From Podarcis tiliguerta (Eukaryota), in assembly GCA_965153285.1 (NCBI GenBank), contig OZ229111.1: DNA of 64,000 bases, one strand, 5' to 3'. The notes under the pieces are model-generated. The model had not been told where the DNA came from. It did not search any database and worked only from the letters and a program-made list of their open reading frames with translations. Position numbers and translations under genes: made by a program. Each line of letters opens with the position of its first letter. The stretch's first letter is position 1. Below, piece by piece: positions 1-12,301 of the stretch.

Positions 1-80
1 GAGCAACTACTTCCGGGTTAGCGGAGCTAATAACCTGAAGCGTTAGTAAACAGATGCATTCGTAACTAGAGGTACCACTG
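1..80. mobile_element. Tc1/mariner-pogo (Tigger-like) MITE, right end only (cut by window edge)
   Basis: Ends in GAGGTACCACTG followed by TA; same family as 28447-28672 and 41716-41956. Confidence 0.85.
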
Positions 81-250
81 TACTAGGCTATCTTCTGATT
101 TGGCGGCGGGGGGCAGGGTTGTTCCAATAGACTATTATTGGATGGTGACATCCTACTGTGGTTGATGTGATATACACTCAGAGAAACCAGGTGTGCAGGT
201 ACCGTAACTGAAGCACGTGTACCTTTGTTTCCTCACTTTTCTCTGGACAG

Positions 251-361
251 ACAGCTGATGATGCCGAAGATACCGTGGGGCATAAAAACTTCATGTCAGC
301 AACAATGCAGACGGGGTTTTGCGACTGGAGTGCCAAGTATTTTGCTCAACCGGTGATGAAG
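251..361 (+). CDS. RPTOR: RPTOR exon 24-equivalent (111 nt): TADDAEDTVGHKNFMSATMQTGFCDWSAKYFAQPVMK
   Basis: Acceptor ttttctctggacag|ACA, donor AAG|gtacag; manual translation matches Raptor. Confidence 0.95.
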
Positions 362-445
362 GTACAGTCTGCCTTTCTTCTATAAGCCCTTTTTTGAATT
401 GCAGAATCATTTGAATGCACCTCACCCTAAAAATCAAATTACTGT

Positions 446-597
446 TTGCACATGTACACACATGCACACACATGTGCGCGCGCACACACACACACACATG
501 CATATTCACGCTGCCAAGTTCTCATTCATGGTCCTCTCTCTCTCTCTTTGTTCATTTACTTTCTGTTCCAGGAGTTGAGCATTTATTTATTTATTTT

Positions 598-631
<34 letters not shown>
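446..631. repeat. (CA)n / (CT)n microsatellite cluster
   Basis: CA runs at ~483-498 and 601-631, CT run at ~534-546. Confidence 0.95.
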
Positions 632-635
<4 letters not shown>

Positions 636-2356
636 CCACCCAGCAGCTATTGATTCCTTCTCTTCAGTAATAGCCTGACATGCAGATGGATAAATATTGC
701 AGGCTTCATTCACAGAATGCTTTGTAACTGCTTGTCAGTTTTGTGCTTTAGCTAACACTTCCCAGCTCATGCTGAATCCATCCCGTATGGTTTTATCAGC
801 AGTAGGAAAATAATACATGTGTGTGGAAGGAGAGTGGTGGTTTGTATTGTACTCATTGTTTTCATAAGCATGCCCCTGCTTCTGCCACGTTAAGAGTCCT
901 GCCATTGGAACCCTATGATTGTGCTGCAAACTGAAGAAAGGCATGGGGCATGAAAGTCAGAGGTTACATATGTTTATAGCCAGTGCTGGATTAATGCACA
1001 AGCTAAGTAAACTACAATTTAGGGCTCAGATTATGAGGGGCCTCTAAATACAAAACACACATACAAATCCCCCCCCAAAAGATTTCTAAAGTTTTTATGA
1101 TCTGTTAAAACACACAGGAGAACATACATTTTTGTTCTAATGTGACAATAATATATTTAGTACCATATTTATCATACTGTGATTATAAATCAGCTATCAT
1201 TGGGTGACATCCATGGCTGTGCTCTCAAAAAAAATCATGAAAGAAAGTGTTTTACATTTTGTGTTATGTGCAGAACACACACAATAGATGCTGTGTGGAC
1301 TCTTCCACTTAGTAAGTGATAGACTGCATGTTTAACGGCTCTTGTGCTGCTCTAAAAACAAATCATATGTGCTAAGAGGGTACATTATATAGAAACAGGA
1401 ATACTGCAAGATAGTTTGTTAGTTTTTAATTGCATCCTCACTTATGTACCAGTATAAATTCAAATATAAAAGTGTATTATTTCATTGTCTTTTCTGTTAG
1501 AATAGTACACATTTGGAGGTAATGCTATGGGCTCTCTTGATCATGACACAGTTTAGGGCCTCCGTCTTAGCCCTGCTTATAGTGCCACTTGTTGCAAAAA
1601 GGTATAATGGGCCATATTGGGTGGTAGCAAGAACCTATATGTGGATCAACAGGATTGCAGGCTCCCTTTCCACATACACAGCACACCATAAAGGATGGCA
1701 GATCTCTTTCCACAGCCATGGGATCCCATTCTACCATACAAGATTCTGGGTACTTAGTGTGGCAGCCACTCTCTAGTTCAGGCATGGAGCAGGTTATGTT
1801 ATCGGGGCAGCTTTGCTGCCTACAATCAAGCAGTCATAGTAGAAAGTAAAATGACTTGCACATCCTCTGTACCTAATGATAAGCCAAATTGTGGCTTAGT
1901 GCAAATGCACAGACTCCCAAAGAGATTGTGGCCCCTTAGCTCCTCCCTGGTTGTTTTCCTGCTGTGCTGCACAGACCTGGACTCGTGGTTTAGCTCTCCT
2001 AGTCAACCCATGAGCTATAAACCATAGGGCAAACCTTGGTTCATGGTTAGTCTGGAGAGATATAAACCATATACTCAAGTTCAGTAGACATGCCAAGCCA
2101 TGGCTTAGCTGCAGCAGCAGAATGACCAGTGAGGAGCAAAGTGGCTGCAATCTCCTCTCCTAGGGCTCACATATTCACCGAAAGCCATTGTTTTTGAAGC
2201 TGGTGATTCAGAGCTCACAGGGCACAAAGCTGGTGGTTTGGAGCACATATAATCTGAGGCTGGGGGTCCTGAGCCCACACAGCTTAAGGCAGAAGCTTCA
2301 CATATGCTGTCCCCTGAGCCTAACCCACGAGAGGAATCTAGTGCCTTCCACACTAC

Positions 2357-2593
2357 CCTAGCAGTTTGAAAGCACGTCAAAGTGCAAGTAGATAAATAGG
2401 TACTGCTTCGGTGGGAAGGTAAACGGCGTTTCCGTGCGCTGCCCTGGTTCGCCAGAAGCGGCTTCGTCATGCTGGCCACATGACCCGGAAGCTGTACGCT
2501 GGTTCCCTCAGCCAATAAAGCGAGATGAGCGCCACAATCCCAGAGTCAGCCACGACTGGACCTAATGGTCAGGGGTCCCTTTACCCTTTACCT
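2357..2593 (+). mobile_element. Sauria SINE, 5'-truncated
   Basis: cctagcagtttgaaagcacgtcaaagtgcaagtagataaatagg ... gactggacctaatggtcaggggtccctttacc; near-identical to the 3' parts of the copies at 33652 and 56625. Confidence 0.9.
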
Positions 2594-3989
2594 ATATGCA
2601 TTCAATAGAAAGCTGCAGCCAATCCTATACCATGTGTATGGGAAAGACAACAAGGCAGTTTGGCTCCTTGTGCTTGCCAGCTTCCAGGTGGATTGATGGG
2701 GTTGGGGGGGTTGGAAAGGAGATGAGCTGGAAGGGTCCGTTTCCCTTTTTATAATCGGCAGAAAATTCCAAGGAGGACAGCAAGGAGTAAGAGGATACCA
2801 GGACAGAGAGAGATTCTAAGGGAGGAAATGTCGCAGCAACATCAGAGAAGGTGTAAAAGTGATAGATGGCTTGCAGGAGGGAGGGTAGGCAAGCCCCTGT
2901 GATGAACTGGCCTGAACAAGGCATTTGGAGGCAGTGTTCCCCAGCCATTTTTGATGGCCTACCAAGAAGGAAACAAACTAAAAAAAATGAAGAAAACCTC
3001 ATAAGAAAGAGCCCAACTATTGCACAGTGCAAGTCATTCAGTCTGCTTTCTGGACCTCGAGAATGAGGGCTCTAGTCCCATTCAGCCATGGACCTTGGAT
3101 GACAACCTTTTAGCCCGTATTTCCATTAGTAAAAACAGGAATAATAGCAGCCTGCCTCACAGAATATGAATGAGAGGTGGGTTGTATGCCAAACAATGCT
3201 ATATAAATTATGTATAATAATGACACCAAAATCATCACAATGGTACAGGGAAGGACAGCTTCTAAGCAGCTGTCTGCATACTTGCTGCAAACAGCTGTGC
3301 TTTCTGTATCTTTCCTTGCTAATTACTACAGAGGTTTGTGTTCAAAGAAAAACTTGCTCCCTCCCCTCTCATCATGCTTCTATTCATCTCCACAGTAAAG
3401 AGGCAGTGCTGAATTCATGATTCTGGAATTTACATCTAATACCGTGGGCAAGCTAATGCTATGCCTCTGACTGTTGCCGAAAATGCCAAACCTTCATTGT
3501 GCATTTTGCACATTATATCTAACCTACACACAAGCAAGGTGAAGTGGGAAGAGAGCTGGGCTGGGGTGGGTTCAAGATTTGAGCACAAGAATGTAGGCCA
3601 TACAGCACAATCTTTCAGCTCACATGCTATGTTGAGCAACGTTATGTTCATATTTTATTTGTGTGCCATGAGGGCTAACAAACAATTTTTCTCTGATCCA
3701 GATAGCACTTGAGCTTCCTGGGAGAGTTGCAGTGATTAAGTATTCTGCCTGTCTGTTGTCCCAGAGGGACATCAACAACAAACTTTTTTTAAAAATGCCA
3801 GTTTTTGCTTGCTGTGTAATTAAAGCCTCTGCTTTTCAACAGCAAGGGCAGAACTGTTGGTGTCTCACTCTCTTTGCTGTTTCTAGCTGTATTAATGTTG
3901 AAGCAACACTGGAACATTTTACCTTAAGTAAAAGCTTTCTAATGCAGGAGGGAGGTCAGCAAGTCACATAATCTTCTTGGACCAAGAGT

Positions 3990-4975
3990 TGACCTTGCTT
4001 CATTTCATGCATCTTTGGGGTTTCCATTTGTCACCAGGCTGTCTATCTACAATCTGAATTCATTGGCATCCATATGTCTTGAGAGAGAATGGAAGAGTGT
4101 GCCATTGGAGTCAAACTGTTAGAGCGTTACAGTGCTTGCCGTGGCTGTAGAGAACAACACAGAGTTGGTCTACCAATGGGCCTGGTGCCTGAAGCCAATT
4201 CCCCATAGAATTGGGGGTCCTGCCATCTTTCATCTGTGGACATTACCAATCTAGTGTAGACATCACTGAGACAGAAGTGTGAACATGCTGGGAAGGTAAC
4301 ATTGGAACAGCACATCTTTGAGACTGTCCTGCCATGTGGTACCCCTGGTTCTTCCTGATACAGCGCATGTGGAAAGCATCAATGGAAAAGGTTGCTGGTT
4401 ATGGTGGAGCCCAGTTAAACAAAATTGTCTACCACCTCAAGCCGGGGGTCAGAAATGCTGGTGCATGGTGTGCTAGCAAGACCCTGACCCAAGATGTTAG
4501 GCTGATGGTCAGGCCAAACTCCATGCAGGCTTGGAAAAACATCTGATGAGTCTCTGCAGAGCTTCCCCAAGTCTTCGTCATCTGCAAACAACATCTCTCA
4601 GATAAGAACCCACCACACTTTTGTCTTGGTGTGGAGACGTGCCACATTGAACAGACCCCCCCCCCTCCATCTTCTGTCAAGCTGAAGGCATAGAAGAGCA
4701 ACAGAGGGAAGAACATGACAAAGAGAGTTGGGGCAAGAAGACAGCCCTCCTTCATACTGCTCTTTAAAGGGAAGGTGTCTGAGGATGAAGCATCATACTG
4801 GATTGTGCCACACATGTTCTCGTGGAAGGACATGGCCATTTTGTGGCGCTTAGATGGGCATCCTATCTTGTTGAGCAGTGTGAAGAGTACTTTTCAGCTG
4901 ATAAGGTCAAAGCCCTTCATCAGGTCTATGCAATCTGAATTAGAACTCAGGAAACTCAAGGGCTGGTATTCTTTG
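3990..4975 (-). mobile_element. Degenerate RTE-clade LINE fragment (reverse transcriptase and C-terminal region)
   Basis: Minus-strand frames give SFHENMCGTIQYD...MKEGCLLAPTLF (RT motif G-x-KQGC-x-LAPTLF) and YGELASGTRPIGRP, typical of RTE ORF C-termini. Frameshifted; boundaries approximate. Confidence 0.8.
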
Positions 4976-7900
4976 GCCTCATTTTAAAATCACAAGAACA
5001 TAAAAAGCACCCTTCTCGCCCCCATAATAACATATCCTCATGCATCACAGATGCATTTATAGAACAAAACTAAGGAGACACGCTGAAGGTTCTCATGAAT
5101 TAGACTAGGCAATTGAAATTTGAATTGTGAGCATCCATCCAAAGCAGCACAAGTTTCTGGATGTAAGGTTCTTAGTTAGAGGTTGTGTTCATAGCGATGA
5201 GTTGCCAGAAATTCATGCCAATTCATACTGGCATGACAACTTCCTGTGTTGCACCTGTGTGTGTGTGTGTGTATGTGTGTGTGTGTACACATGTATATCA
5301 TCCAAAATTACTCTGCTACAGTATTTTATGCACAGTCTGTCAGCTGAAGAGGGAGCAGAAATAAATGTCTCCCTATAGGCAGTACAATAGGTTTCTTGCA
5401 TGCTGGGTAATGTAAAAAGGCTGAAATATGTCTTGCAATGAATTCATATAACTTTGCTTGCAAGAAGCAGGCACATTCATCGCATTAGATAGGCAAGACT
5501 ACAGTTATTAAAATAAGAATTATGTATGTACTTTGAGTTGTCAGGGGGTGGTATTAACTGGTCCGCTGAACGTGCCCCCCTTCCCAGTGCTTTGAGAACC
5601 ACTTGAACAGGCAGATTCATGGAGGATGAGTCTTATCAATGGATGACAATATAGAACCTCCAGGTTCAAGATAAGCTTCCCCCTAAATTTCTGCGGAGCC
5701 ACAAATCGGCAAAGGCTGTTGGTTCATGTCCGCAATCAGTGACTGCGGTCTTGGGTTCAAAAATGTTAAAGTGCAGCAGTGTAAGGCACTGAACAGCCAC
5801 TGCTGCTGCTCCAGAAAATACTTACTAAAAAACGAACGAACAGAGGAGGGCATAATAAGATAACAAGTGGCAGCGGACAACTAAACAAAATATTGCCGTG
5901 CATTTTGAATAGTGCTGTACTTTATAGGCTCAGGGTTGAGAGAGCTTTTTTTTTCCAAGCTGGCCCTAAAACGTAATAAACAGTTGTATGGTGGGTAGGT
6001 GGGTGTTGTGTGAGTATGAAGCCCTCTATTTTCATGCTTCAACACAACAAATCCCAGAGCTGTGTGGTATGATATGTACAGAAGAGTTCAGCAAAGGGGG
6101 GCAGGAGTGGAGATATGTACCTGAGGGCCTCTGTTAGCTGATCCCATTTTCAGTCCTCTATTCCAGCTTCTTCTTTTCTTTTCTTTTCATTACAGTAACC
6201 TACCTTGTTGGTAGTGAGCACACATAGCTCTTGCTGGGCTTTCTGGGGGAGAAATAGTTTGTGAAGTAATAAAGACACGGACACCCAACAGACCTGTGTG
6301 CGCTTAGTGCCTCCAGGAGGCCCAGAATGGACATGTGAATAATCCATGTATTTCTCCAAAACCAGCATTTATAAGCACCAGCCAAAATATCACGAACTAG
6401 TGAGCTAAGTTTTAGTTCTAGCTCTTCATCTGGCTAGGTGGTATCCAAATGGGAGGTGGGGGCAAGGGAAACAAGATTTAAAAGTACAAAAATTAGACTG
6501 CATGTTTTAATCACGTGATCAGCATTTCATTTCTATTCCAAGATTGAAATTACAGACTGAATTAGTTTCTGCTAGGTGCTGCAGGTATCAGGTTACACCT
6601 GGGTTTTGGAATAAAGAAACAATGGCTGACACCCCCCCTTTTTTTAAGAACATAAAACTTGTTACTGAGATCTCTGTCAATATTTTTTCTGTATACCCAA
6701 GAGCCCTACTGGTCATCAAAGCAAAACACTAACTGGCTCTATATTCAAGAATTTTTTTTTTCTTAATCACAACATGTTTTACAGGTGGATTTGCAGTTCC
6801 CCAGTTTTTGTTTTTTTTTAATTGAACCACCAAGAGAATTTGCCAGGTAATAAAACATTTGGTACTTCATCAACTACAGCACAAATGCAATTAATTTTCT
6901 CTTGATACCCATAGCTACACAGGCATTGAAACATTTGGAAATGTTACTACTTTAATTACTAATTAGCTTCAAGCTGTTGGTCCAACTACTTTGGCCAAAC
7001 TGACTTCTATGTGCTTGTTTCCAAGTCTAGAGAACAGTACGTAGATGTTTTAAAAATAAAAGAATTAGGATAATGCTATCTTTATTTTACCATTCAGAGT
7101 GGGTAATATATTAACTCCCAATGATTATTAAAAACATTTATCTACTTTCTGAGAATAGCTGTTCGCCAGAGTGGTGCCTTATTAATCTAATAAATCACTC
7201 CAGATGGCCAATCAAAATGCATCTTTCTGTGCACACAGGGTGTGTGTTTTTAGTGTGAGTACTTCAGTTTGATTTTTTTTTTTAAGTAGAAGTTTAAGAA
7301 TATTTGGAGTGCTTTGAATAATTACTTGTTGCTGAATGGAGAACTACAACACAGTTCTAGAGAGAGATTTGTCCAGCAATAACTATTTACTACCATAGAT
7401 ATGAGGCACATTCCAGCAAGAATTTTCCTTCCACAAGCTGCACTGGAAATAGATGTCCCATTTCTTTCATCAGGGTTTACAGGAATATATATATACAAAA
7501 GGGTTTTGGGTAGTAAGAGAATTTTATCCATATTTTAAAATTACTGCAATCCTATATAACGTGTTCATTTTTACCTCATATTCCCTATCACCACTAATAT
7601 TGAAGAGTTATAGCATTTCCCCCGGAACTGAATTTTGCTGAGATGTTTGAAATAAAACAGGTGGATTGATATCTCACAGATCATACTCATAGGGCTGTCC
7701 CATCATTTGACTTGCTTTCTTGGAAATAGAATTTGGTCTGCAGTCTGCTCCTTTGCATATGTACTCAAAAGTGTGCCCCATCTGTTCTGTGGGGATTACT
7801 CCCAGGTAAGTGTACTTAGGATTGCCACCTTAGAAAGCTTCAGCCAGCATTGTGGTTGATTTTAAATACCCATGTACACAAATAGCCCAGATCAAGGGTG

Positions 7901-10282
7901 AATCTGCTCCTCACACTGTCTCTGCCCATCTTTCCCTCCCCTGCACAATCCTCTCCCTCAACCATCTCCTTTCTTTGCCCTTCCACCACCATCCCCACAA
8001 TCTCTCATGAGTCCACTCACTACTTCTCCACTCTCCTGTCCATCTCTCTTCTTCTCCCTTCTCTCCTGCCACACAATTGCTCATCCCCACTTGCTTGCTT
8101 TCTCTCACACACAAAGGCAGGTCTTGTTCATGACAAGACATCACGAGCAATACAAGCATACCATCGCAAAGGTTTGGCTCTAATTCAGGAAACATTAGAA
8201 AATGCTTATCCAATTTTGGGAAGGTGTATTGGCAGTTTTTACATAATACTGGCAAACTCTATGAATCCAAACGCCACCTGGCCACAGTTACAGCCTGGCA
8301 TTCAAAAGTGAAATGTTATGGGGAACAATAGTGCATCACTCTTTCACCATCCATTGCTCCCCGCCCCATAACTCTTCCCTCCCCAAACTGCTTTTCTAGG
8401 AGGAGTTTGAGACCTGTGCTTCCAGTGGAAAAAACCTGTGATTCCATATAGAATCATAGAACTGTAGAGTTGGGACCCTGAGGGTCATCTAGTCCTGGAA
8501 TCTCATCTAGATCATACATGACATTTGGCCATTCAACTTCTGCTTAAAAACCTCTAGAATCCAGTATTAAAGATCCCATCCAAGGGATGTGCAGTATACC
8601 TTTATGCTTGCTTCTTTCTCTACCTACCACTATTTTTTGCATTTTGCTCATGTTGCATAAAAAGTCGATTTGGAGCCTGTTAACAGAGGTTTCATGGACA
8701 CCGCACATGCTGTATCCTACAGGGTGTTCTTCACCAAAGATAGTTAAAAAATAAATCCTAACGCTACACTGAACAATAATTAGTGTCTATGAAACAAAAG
8801 CTAGCACTGCACATTTCCAAGGAGCAAAATTGGTATATGCCATCAGTTGCAGCTGTGCTGTTTTCCTGGTTATTCCATAGTTCATCTAGCTGAGCTTGAC
8901 ATTCTTACAATCTATATAGTTCTCTAGAGTTATGTGGAATAGTCTCCTGAAAATGCTGCACGTGGCACATTCAGGAGTAAAGAATCCTGTTTTGTTCCTG
9001 CTGCCTTCCGAGAATTTCAGCTGCCTGCATTTAAACACACACACCATGAAATGTGAACTAAATGTAGATAGGAGAGAGAGCCTAGATCCTTATGCCAAGA
9101 CTCTGCCAGGAAACACATGCAGCAGGCAGGGTGACTGAGTAGATGCTCTTGTGAGGAATACATGCAAAAGGGGCTGCAAGTACACCTAATTTCTGTAAGG
9201 TTTGGTGTGGAAGGGAACATTCTTTCCCTGAGAAATAGGCATTATGCTTCGATGCACTGACTGGTGGCATTACAAATCATTGGCATCAGTCAGTGTTCGA
9301 TTTATAGAAAAGCAGAACAAGGTTTGTTTCAGAAAAGAGTGTAGTGTTTTGCTGGTAGTGCTTTAACTGATACTTAACAGCAATGCTCAGGTAATCATAG
9401 ATCCAGCCCCACTCCCACCTCAAGAGTTCTGAAAACATTTAAAGTCGGGGAAGTGCAGTATTGGTGTTGCCCCTGTGTCTGACTGCAACTTTTAGGATCT
9501 TTTATGTTTAATGCAGGCAACATATGAACAAAAATATACACTCACACCCTAGCCTCAATAGCCACAGGTTGCCCACCTCAGCTCCACAGTGGCTCTGGCT
9601 CTGTTCAACTGATGGAGGATTTAGCCCCTTAGGAAATTGTTTCATCACTGTGAAACCAGCCGAGATCTCCCTATAACATTATTTATTGCTGCAAGGAGAA
9701 AATCCATCCTCTGTCCTTATTTCCACAACCCCTTGCTGACTGTTTCCATCTTGATATGGATAAAGCGGAGAACAACTTCATTGGCTTTCACATGGCACTG
9801 CTCAGTGGGATACTTCTGAATTGTAATTGGTTTCTGTCTGAGTGGAAGCCAAGAGGTGTTAGAAATCTGTAGTGTGTCATGATCCTAATCATGTAACACT
9901 ATTCCAGACACCCACACACCTCTGGGAGACCCACATAGAAGTGAATAGAACAGAACAGAAGCTTGTCTTTTGTTTACTATAGAAAGACTTTTCTAAAGTC
10001 AAAAAAAATGACTGCAAGGAGAGAACAAACATAGTGTGAGAACAGGCCTGCTGGATTGAGCCAATGGTTCATCTAGTCTATCATCCTTCATCTGGGAAGC
10101 CCACAAGTGTGGCATGAGCACAACAGCCATCCTCCACTGATTGCCCCCCCCCCCCCAACAGCAAAAACTGGTTTACAATTCCTTTACTGCCTCGGAAGGT
10201 AGAGATCACAGTAGATTTCATTACTAATGGCTGTTAATAGTCCTAACACTCAATAAATTTGTCCTGTCTTTTTAAAGCCATC

Positions 10283-10428
10283 TGTTGTTGTTGTTTAGTC
10301 ATTTAGTCATGTCCGACTCTTTGTGACCCCATGGACCAGAGCACGCCAGGCACTCCTGTCTTCCACTGCCTCCCGCAAACAGCATGGTCAAACTCATGCT
10401 GGTAGCTTCGAGAACACTGTCCAACCAT
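10283..10428 (-). mobile_element. Bov-B/RTE LINE 3' end (or Bov-B-tailed SINE), 5'-truncated
   Basis: Minus strand reads ...gtccatggggtcacaaagagtcggacatgactaaatgactaaacaacaacaac, the Bov-B 3' terminus with a (CAA)n tail. Confidence 0.85.
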
Positions 10429-11793
10429 GTGAACTGGGAGGTTCTGATAACCAATCTAAAAGAAATGTTCTTCCTTGAATTCCTATTGGTCTAGAACAAA
10501 TTTAACAGCTACCATGCCCCTTTTCTCAGTGGTAACCAATGCCTGGTCTCTCAGGCTACAGTACCAACTGATTAGCAGCACTGTTTTATATCAGCAGAAT
10601 TTTCATCATGGCATGAATAATAATTTAAAAGGATGTCGTCATGAAAGCAAAACACCTGAGCTGAGTGAGTGCTTGGTTTGAAAACTGCAGGCATGGCTCT
10701 GAAAATCCAAAGTACACCTTTCTCTGCACAGAAAGCCAACTCACGTTTGACATTTAATATGTACGTTTTCATGCCGTTACACTTCTGCCTAATTGTTTTC
10801 AGCAGCCATTCCCAAAATATGAGCAGCATCAACTTCTTGCAATTGAGTGTGCTTGCTTCCTTAAATAACAGGGCAGAATCTTTACGATCCCCTAGCTGCT
10901 CAGGCCCTCGACAGGAAGAAGTACAGGATCTCCACATGTTGTCTCCAATTTTGAATTATACCTTCTGTGTTTACACTTCCCTGCCACATACTTTATGGAG
11001 CCTTTTATTCATAAGGAATTATGCAGAAGTTGCACTCCTTCCATCTAAACAGAAGAAAGCCTTGGAGACAAGTGTAAAAATGGTCCTGTACTAGGGATGA
11101 GCTTGCGGGTTCGTAACAGCAGCCACAAGATTCAAATATATCTGCTGTGACAAGCCATTTATATGAGCTTCATAAATTTACGTCGCTGTTTAAGAAAATG
11201 GGATATTCATTTGCTTTCTGTGAGAACTTCTAGCCTGAATGAGACAAGACAAAAACAAATAGACCTTTTCAAAAGAGTGAGTAAAGAATAGGTTTTGGAA
11301 TATTTGTCAAATAACAGATACGGTTTATCAGCCATAGGCTTAAAATGTGCATTTTAAAATAAATGTCCCGAGTGAGAGGATTTCAGTGCCAATATCATTT
11401 TTGCAATTGATCTATGTATACATCTGCATTCAAGCAGTGCATTCCAGTTGAATTCCCTGTCGTTTGTCAGTGAAAAATTATCTGCATTAGATTTCTTGAA
11501 AATATTGCCTGTGTAGACATTTTATCATATTTATTTTAATTGGTTAAAAGAAACAACTGAGGCTTTGATCACTTGACAGCCCTGGGGCCCAGTGGTGGAT
11601 GATGTGCAGTTCAGAAGGTAATGAAGTGTATAAGAACAGAAAAACCTCATCTGCCCCTTGCTGGTTTTGGTCAGATTGCATGGGCTGAAGGGTCCCTGTT
11701 CTGGTTGAAATTAGCAGGCATTTGGAATCGCAAGAAGTCTTTCTTTACCATTATCCTGTTGTATTCATTTTTTACATTATTATTTATTGGCAG

Positions 11794-11899
11794 ATTCCAG
11801 AAGAACATGATTTGGAGAGCCAGGTCCGCAAAGAAAGGGAGTGGCGGTTTCTGCGCAATGCCAGAGTCCGAAAGCAAGCACAGAAAATCATCCAAAAAG
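11794..11899 (+). CDS. RPTOR: RPTOR exon 25-equivalent (106 nt): IPEEHDLESQVRKEREWRFLRNARVRKQAQKIIQK(G)
   Basis: Acceptor ttggcag|ATT, donor AAG|gtggtc (weak); contained in ORF 11722..12045. Confidence 0.95.
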
Positions 11900-12238
11900 G
11901 TGGTCAATTTTTTCTCCCTTACCCACCCCACTTTATACATCTCCCAGCACCAAGGAGAATGCTTATCCACTCTTTACATGAGGCCATGAACAAGAACACT
12001 GTTCATAAACCATTTGTTTGGCCAGTGTTGACCTCTTTAGCGTGAGCTTCTGCTCACAACGTCAACTTGTTTTGTTGTAATGGGGTTGTTTGCTTTTGAG
12101 AGTTGGACAGCCTTTTTCTCCTTGGGTAAAGCACATGCATGTGGAGTCAGCAGGCTGCTAGTTACAAGAGTCTGGGAGACACATATTGCCAATATGATTT
12201 GTGGTTGTCCCACTGTTTCCTAACCCAGGAATTTAGGA

Positions 12239-12301
12239 GCTACATAAGGATCACTGCCATGGAATATCTGAATGAACAAGGCTGTTCTCTGCTCCTGACT
12301 G
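12239..12301 (+). pseudogene. Non-coding duplicate fragment of RPTOR exon 27 inside intron 25
   Basis: 59/63 identity with 15604-15666, same strand; all four differences are transitions. Confidence 0.92.
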
